From assembly GCA_963770565.1 (NCBI GenBank), contig CAVYQE010000011.1, forward strand, positions 64,001-128,000: a DNA stretch of 64,000 nucleotides. Reading direction: 5' to 3'. Positions 59,044 through 64,000 of this stretch are shown in pieces. This stretch comes from an uncultured Actinomycetota bacterium (lineage in GTDB: Bacteria > Actinomycetota > Actinomycetes > JAFAQI01). The notes below the pieces were generated by a model, which was not told the DNA's origin, ran no database searches, and saw only the letters and a list, made by a program, of their open reading frames with translations. Made by a program: the position numbers and the translations under genes. The stretch's first letter is position 1. Each line of letters begins with the position of its first letter.

Positions 59044-60215
59044 TGGTTCTGGCCGGCGATGTGCTCAGCCGGTTGCGCCGGGACGAGTTCCCAGTAACGC
59101 AGCACAAGGCCTGGTTCAACACCGCGACGTACGGACCCTTGCCGGTCTCGAACGTCAACGCGCAGACCAGGCTGCTGCAGGAGATGTCGCACGGGGAGGG
59201 GCCGGCCGGCCTCGGGCACTGGTGGGAGGGGGCAGCCAGTGTCCGGGGCAAGGTCGGTGCCTTCATCGGGTGCTCGCCGGACGACGTGGCCCTGCTCCAC
59301 AGCACCGGAGAGGGGCTGGGCCTCGTCGCCCTGGGCATGGACTGGCGCTCGGGCGACGAGGTCGTGGTCTACGACAACGAGTTCCCGAGCGGCGTCTATC
59401 CGTTCATGGCGCTGGAGAAGAAGCACGGCGTAAAGGTGCGGTTCATCGAGGACCGCGGCCGGCACCGGTTCGACCTCGACGACGTCGCGGCGGTCATGAC
59501 CGATCGAACCCGGGTGGTGTGCATCAGCCTGGTCAACTGCTACCACGGCTTCCGCGCACCGGTCGAGGAGATGGCCGCACTGTGTCGCGAGCGCGGCGTC
59601 TGGTTGCTGTGCGACGCGGTGCAAGCGACCGGCGCCCTCACCGTCGACGTCGGCACGCTCGGCGCGGACCTGGTGTCGGCGCACGGCTACAAGAGCCTGT
59701 GCTCCGGCTACGGGATCAGCCTGTGTTACGTGTCGCCGGCGTTGCGGGCCGAGCTGGAAGTAGTGTCGCCGGGCTGGAAGAACATCGAGAACGCGCCGAT
59801 CCTCGCCCAGCAGCTCGACTACAACCTCGAGTACGCCGCGACCGCGCGGCGTTACGAGTCGAGCGTCCAGAACCTGGCCGGGATGTACGGGCTGGGGGCG
59901 AGCATCGACCTGTTCATGACGTCCGGGATCGACCTCATCAACGACTGGGTGCTCGGGATCAGCCGCACGATCGTCGAGGACCTGGAGGAGATCGGCTACC
60001 ACACGGCGAGCTCGACCCGGGCTGGGGAGATGTCGGGGATCGTGTCGTTCGAGGTCCCTGGCGGCGATGCCCAGGCGGTCTGCACCACGCTCGCCGAGCG
60101 TGGTGTGATGTGTGCGGTCCGCGACGGGAGGCTCCGGGTGTCGTCGCACGGGTTCAACGATCGGGGAGACATCGACCGGCTGGTCGAGGCGCTGCCCAGG
60201 ACGGGGGCGGTGTGA
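59043..60215 (+). CDS. Class V PLP-dependent enzyme (C-S lyase/epimerase-like)
   Basis: FNTATYGP, DAVQ, HGYK PLP lysine, LRVSSH. Confidence 0.88.
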   Translation: MVLAGDVLSRLRRDEFPVTQHKAWFNTATYGPLPVSNVNAQTRLLQEMSHGEGPAGLGHWWEGAASVRGKVGAFIGCSPDDVALLHSTGEGLGLVALGMDWRSGDEVVVYDNEFPSGVYPFMALEKKHGVKVRFIEDRGRHRFDLDDVAAVMTDRTRVVCISLVNCYHGFRAPVEEMAALCRERGVWLLCDAVQATGALTVDVGTLGADLVSAHGYKSLCSGYGISLCYVSPALRAELEVVSPGWKNIENAPILAQQLDYNLEYAATARRYESSVQNLAGMYGLGASIDLFMTSGIDLINDWVLGISRTIVEDLEEIGYHTASSTRAGEMSGIVSFEVPGGDAQAVCTTLAERGVMCAVRDGRLRVSSHGFNDRGDIDRLVEALPRTGAV

Positions 60216-61201
60216 CGGGAGGCAACTCGCCGGTCCCGGTCATCGACCTGGCGCCGTGGTTCGCCGGCACCGCAAACGGTCGCGCGCAGGTCGCCGCGGA
60301 GGTCGATGCGGCGCTGCGTGACATCGGATTCCTGCTCATCGTCAACCACGGCGTGTCGGCCGAGCTCCGGGATGCTGTCCGCGCGGCGGCGCAGGCCTTC
60401 TTCGCGCTCCCGGAGCCGGTCAAGGCGCAGTACCGGATGCGGGTCGGCGACGGCAGTTGGCTGCCCCGCGGCTGGACACCGATCGGCGGCGAGGCGAACG
60501 CGAACTCCGATCCGGGCGTCGACGCGCCACCCGATCTCAAGGAGTCGTACGACGTCGCGTGCTTCGAGCCGACCGGCGACCCGCAGGTCGACCGGGAGTG
60601 GTTCACCGACAACATCTGGCCGGCTGAGGTGCCGGAGTACCAGGTTGCGGTCACGGCGTACATCGAGAAGATGCGGTCGCTGGTCGACGAGCTGTTGATC
60701 ATCGCGGCGGTGGCGCTCGGGCTGCCGGAGACGCAGTTCCTCTCCCATGCCGGGCATCCGACCTGGTCTTTCTACACCCATTGGTATCCCGCGCTGCGCG
60801 ACGTCGGAGTGCCCGTTCCCGGCCAGCTCCGGATCGGTTCGCACACCGACTTCGGCACCTTCACGATCCTTGACCGCCAGCCCGGTACCGGCGGGCTGCA
60901 GATCATGGGCAAGGACGGCGAGTGGGCGGATGCGCCGTGGCTGGAGGGCGCGTTCACGATCAACATCGGCGACATGATGGCGCGCTGGACCGGCGACCGC
61001 TGGGTGTCGAACCGGCACCGGGTGCTGGCCCCGGATTCGGCCACGCCCGACGAGGACCTGATGTCTCTGGTCTATTTCCACGAGGCTGACCCGACCGCCG
61101 TGCTCCACAGCGTGCCGCCACCGATCGGCACGGTTGCCTACGAGCCGATCACCGCCGGCGAGTACCTGCGGGCCAAGCTGGCCGCGATCGCGGTGGTGTA
61201 G
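60212..61201 (+). CDS. Isopenicillin N synthase-family non-heme Fe(II) oxygenase
   Basis: VPVIDL, GFLLIVNHG, DLKES, HTD...HRV triad, INIGD. Confidence 0.9.
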   Translation: MTGGNSPVPVIDLAPWFAGTANGRAQVAAEVDAALRDIGFLLIVNHGVSAELRDAVRAAAQAFFALPEPVKAQYRMRVGDGSWLPRGWTPIGGEANANSDPGVDAPPDLKESYDVACFEPTGDPQVDREWFTDNIWPAEVPEYQVAVTAYIEKMRSLVDELLIIAAVALGLPETQFLSHAGHPTWSFYTHWYPALRDVGVPVPGQLRIGSHTDFGTFTILDRQPGTGGLQIMGKDGEWADAPWLEGAFTINIGDMMARWTGDRWVSNRHRVLAPDSATPDEDLMSLVYFHEADPTAVLHSVPPPIGTVAYEPITAGEYLRAKLAAIAVV

Positions 61202-61365
61202 CGCCCACGGGCCGATCCGTCGTCCACCGCCGTTTGCCGGGATCCGAAGACGGGCAGATAACTCGGCGGCAATGTGCCAAGTTGTCGAGATACCTACCGC
61301 GAGGTAGCGTCCGGGGAAAGGCGCGTCCACCCCAGCTTCGCGTATCGCTTCGAAGGGACAGTTCA

Positions 61366-62127
61366 TTGAGAATCCACAAAGCCGTCGCCGCAACGATGAT
61401 GACGCTGGTTGCGGCCGGCTCGCTCATCGTGGCGAGTGGCGCGCCGGCGTCCGCCATCACCGGGATCACCGTGACCTCCAATCCAAAGGCCAACCTGGTG
61501 GACCTGCAGAAGGTCAAGATGACGGCGACCGCGCCGAGCGGCCAGAACTTCAACAAGACCGCGACCCTGTACTTCGCTGAGTGCTCGCCGCTGGCGATCA
61601 AGAAGCTCAGCGAGGACTACTGCGACACGACCAACGTCGTCGCGGTGAACAACCCGAGCGGGTCCACGGTCAGCGCGACAATCACCATCCACGCCGGCTC
61701 GGACTTCAAGGCGAAGAACTCGGCCGGTGTCTGCGGTGTCGGGGCAGCGCTGAAGTGCGACCTGCTCGTGGTCGACAGCATGACCGTCGCAGACGTCAAC
61801 TTCTTCGGTGTCGCAAACGTCAGCTTCAAGGACCTGCGCACTCCCACCAAGACCAAGGTGAGCTCGAAGAAGACCGTCAAGGCCAAGAAGTCGCTCACCT
61901 TCAAGGCGGCTACCACCCACACCAAGGGTTCGACCAAGCCGACCGGCACCGTGCTCTTCAAAGACAACGGCAAGAAGATCGGCAAGGTCAAGCTCAGCTC
62001 GACCGGCAAGGCAACCCTCAAGCACAAGTTCAAGAAGGCCGGCAAGCAGCACATCACGGCCACCTACAGCGGTGACAACACCTACAAGCCCAGCACGGGC
62101 AAGGAGACCATCACCGTCAAGAAGTAG
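61366..62127 (+). CDS. Secreted protein with neocarzinostatin-apoprotein-like domain and Lys-rich bacterial Ig-like domain
   Basis: Signal peptide ending APASA; four-Cys beta domain; PTGTVLFKD...G..ATL...HITATYSGD; AAGGGA RBS before TTG. Confidence 0.75.
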   Translation: MRIHKAVAATMMTLVAAGSLIVASGAPASAITGITVTSNPKANLVDLQKVKMTATAPSGQNFNKTATLYFAECSPLAIKKLSEDYCDTTNVVAVNNPSGSTVSATITIHAGSDFKAKNSAGVCGVGAALKCDLLVVDSMTVADVNFFGVANVSFKDLRTPTKTKVSSKKTVKAKKSLTFKAATTHTKGSTKPTGTVLFKDNGKKIGKVKLSSTGKATLKHKFKKAGKQHITATYSGDNTYKPSTGKETITVKK

Positions 62128-62137
62128 TCCATCGCGC

Positions 62138-62180
62138 GAGGGACCCGCAACGACGAGTTGTCGTTGCGGGTCCTTTGTTT
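62138..62180 (+). terminator. Intrinsic terminator
   Basis: 14-bp stem GGACCCGCAACGAC/GTCGTTGCGGGTCC followed by TTTGTTT. Confidence 0.85.
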
Positions 62181-63391
62181 CAGGACCCGCTGCGGCTTCC
62201 GGGCCGGTCCCAGCAAACTGCCAGCATCAGCCGGCGCTGGTTGTCCGGCTCGTCCAGGCTCGGCCCGAACAGCGTGCGCAGCTGGCCGAGCCGGTAACGC
62301 ACCGTCTGCGGGTGTACGTGCAAGGCGCGAGCGGTGGCTTGCTGGTTGCCCATCGCGGTCAACCAGGCGCCGAGGGTTTCCTCGAGCCGACGCCTGGTGG
62401 TCGGTGCGACCCCGGCGAGCGGGGCGAGAGCCTGCTCGCGCAGATGCTCGAGCAACCAGCCGTCGCGAACCACCATGATCGTGTCGTAGTGATCGGCCAC
62501 AAAGATCGGGTCGCCGGTCAACACCCCCGCGCCGGCCAGCCGGGCACCGGCTTCGGCCACCCGCACCGAGGACGGCAGCTGGGCCGGCGGGACCGTCGTA
62601 CCGATTACGGCGCCGAACCCGCGCAGAGTCTTGGCGATCACGGCGCGCCGCCCGGGCGCATCGGGATCCGGAAGGATTCCGCCGGTCACAGCGCCGTTGC
62701 GGACCGGGAGGCACTGCGGGTCGAGCCGGTCGAGGGCGGTGTGTGCGGCCTCGTTCGACCCGTCGATGAGGATCAGGGCGGCGGTGGCCGGAACGGTCCA
62801 TCCGGTTCGCAGCGCCATCGCGCTCACCAGGGTCGAGTCCGAACGGTCGGACAGGAGCAGCTCGGCCAGCTGCGCCCGCAGTCGCTCCCGCTCGGCCGAG
62901 GTGGTCCGCTGCTCGTCGACGTACCCGTGCGCGGACGCCGAGGACAGCTCCTCCATGAAGACGAAGACCGCCTCGGCGAGCGATGCGACCGACGCCGGGT
63001 CGAGGCCGAGCTGGACCCCGGTGTGGGAGATGTGCCGCCAGGCGACCCGGGCGCCGGCTCGGTACGCCGACAACAACGACGCGAGCGAGCGGCCTTCACG
63101 CCACTCGAGCCGGCCGACCTCCTCGAAAGCCTCGTGCTCGGCCGGGTCGACCGGGGCGGCCGATTTCGTGTGCGGCAGCTGCTCGGCGATCTTGACCAGC
63201 CGGTGCAGCGCGATCTCGGCGATCCGCAGGCTGTCCTCGCGGTCTTCGGCGACGAATGCCGCGTAGTCGGGCCAGTCGTCGCGGAGCAGGTCGACGACCT
63301 CGTCGATCATTTCGGGCAGCTCTTCGGTGAGCTTGGGCAGGACGGCGCGCAGCCCGATTGGCCCGATTGGCGCGGTTGCCACGTCCGTCAC
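62180..63391 (-). CDS. PucR/CdaR family transcriptional regulator
   Basis: LLSAYRAGARVAW N-terminal segment; C-terminal LEETL...ATARALHVHPQTVRYRL HTH; start uncertain. Confidence 0.88.
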   Translation of the reverse strand: MTDVATAPIGPIGLRAVLPKLTEELPEMIDEVVDLLRDDWPDYAAFVAEDREDSLRIAEIALHRLVKIAEQLPHTKSAAPVDPAEHEAFEEVGRLEWREGRSLASLLSAYRAGARVAWRHISHTGVQLGLDPASVASLAEAVFVFMEELSSASAHGYVDEQRTTSAERERLRAQLAELLLSDRSDSTLVSAMALRTGWTVPATAALILIDGSNEAAHTALDRLDPQCLPVRNGAVTGGILPDPDAPGRRAVIAKTLRGFGAVIGTTVPPAQLPSSVRVAEAGARLAGAGVLTGDPIFVADHYDTIMVVRDGWLLEHLREQALAPLAGVAPTTRRRLEETLGAWLTAMGNQQATARALHVHPQTVRYRLGQLRTLFGPSLDEPDNQRRLMLAVCWDRPGSRSGS

Positions 63392-63501
63392 TACTTCTTT
63401 GTACATCAATGACAAAACTGAGCGTGATGACTACGCGAATCGGCGCAGAATTGCCGCCCTGTTGCGGATGAGGATGCAGTGATTGGAATCGAAGGAGCGT
63501 G

Positions 63502-64000
63502 GTGAGTCAGCTGACCGGAGCGGCTGGCGACGTGGCGGGCCGATCGCAGCCGCCGTTGGGTTCCTGGACGCGCGAGTCCGACGAGAACTTTCCGGTCGCG
63601 ATGCGGGTGCTCCCGGTCGGCCTGCGCCGCGACCTGCGCGCGATCTACGGGGTCGCTCGTGCGGTCGACGACCTCGGCGACGACGCGCCCGGTGACCGGC
63701 TGGCCCTGCTCGCGGACTTCGAGACCGACCTGCGGCGGGTCTGGGCCGGCGGGTCGCCCGAGCGCGATGTGCTCCGCGCGCTGGTGCCCACGGTCCGCGC
63801 GCACCACCTCGCGATCGACCCGTTCCTCGCCCTGGTCGAGGCCAACCGGCTCGATCAGGTGCGCACCGCCTACCAGACCTGGGCCGACCTGCGGCACTAC
63901 TGCACGCTGTCCGCCGATCCGGTCGGCCGGATCGTCCTGGCCATCGTCGGCGCCACTGGCGAGGACCTGGCCGCGCGCTCCGACGACGTCTGCACGGCGC
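63502..64000 (+). CDS. hpnC: Squalene synthase HpnC-like, 3'-partial
   Basis: Hand translation ENFPVAMRVLP, IYGVARAVDDLGD, EANRLDQ, YCTLSADPVGRIVL; AAGGAG RBS; absent from the ORF track because it runs off the window. Confidence 0.85.
   Translation, partial: MSQLTGAAGDVAGRSQPPLGSWTRESDENFPVAMRVLPVGLRRDLRAIYGVARAVDDLGDDAPGDRLALLADFETDLRRVWAGGSPERDVLRALVPTVRAHHLAIDPFLALVEANRLDQVRTAYQTWADLRHYCTLSADPVGRIVLAIVGATGEDLAARSDDVCTA

Noticed and set aside
53377-60215. Ergothioneine egt cluster
   Set aside because: No EgtB sulfoxide synthase or EgtD methyltransferase; the ligase is GS-like rather than EgtA
59043-61201. Beta-lactam biosynthesis (IPNS plus CefD-like epimerase)
   Set aside because: No ACV synthetase or other beta-lactam genes; only family-level similarity

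Overview
High-GC actinobacterial chromosomal window, densely coding, with many apparently leaderless genes. Contents in order: a partial OatA-like acyltransferase, GNAT and DinB genes, a secreted peptidase, a PadR/ABC exporter module, and a complete kdpFABC-DE potassium locus with an extra unannotated 27-aa peptide gene. Next come an orphan chemoreceptor, an MFS transporter and an intact IS1182-family element (15-bp IRs, CTAG duplication) beside a palindromic repeat, then redox and lipid genes. A ~14.5-kb amine-catabolic region carries four copies of one TetR-type operator. A ~500-bp intergenic region holds a candidate ~190-nt structured ncRNA with its own promoter, terminator hairpin and six DnaA-box-like 9-mers. 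It is followed by a NiCoT transporter with a Fur/Nur-like box and an acyl-CoA/CitE module. A ~11-kb unit combines a GS-like gamma-glutamyl ligase, an EgtC-like hydrolase, an N-acylamino acid racemase-like enzyme, a permease, a PLP enzyme and a non-heme iron oxygenase. The window ends with a secreted neocarzinostatin-apoprotein-like/Ig protein, a PucR-type regulator and the start of hpnC. All calls come from reading motifs by eye; no database searches were run. The best novelty candidates are the ncRNA/DnaA-box locus and the gamma-glutamylation/racemase operon.
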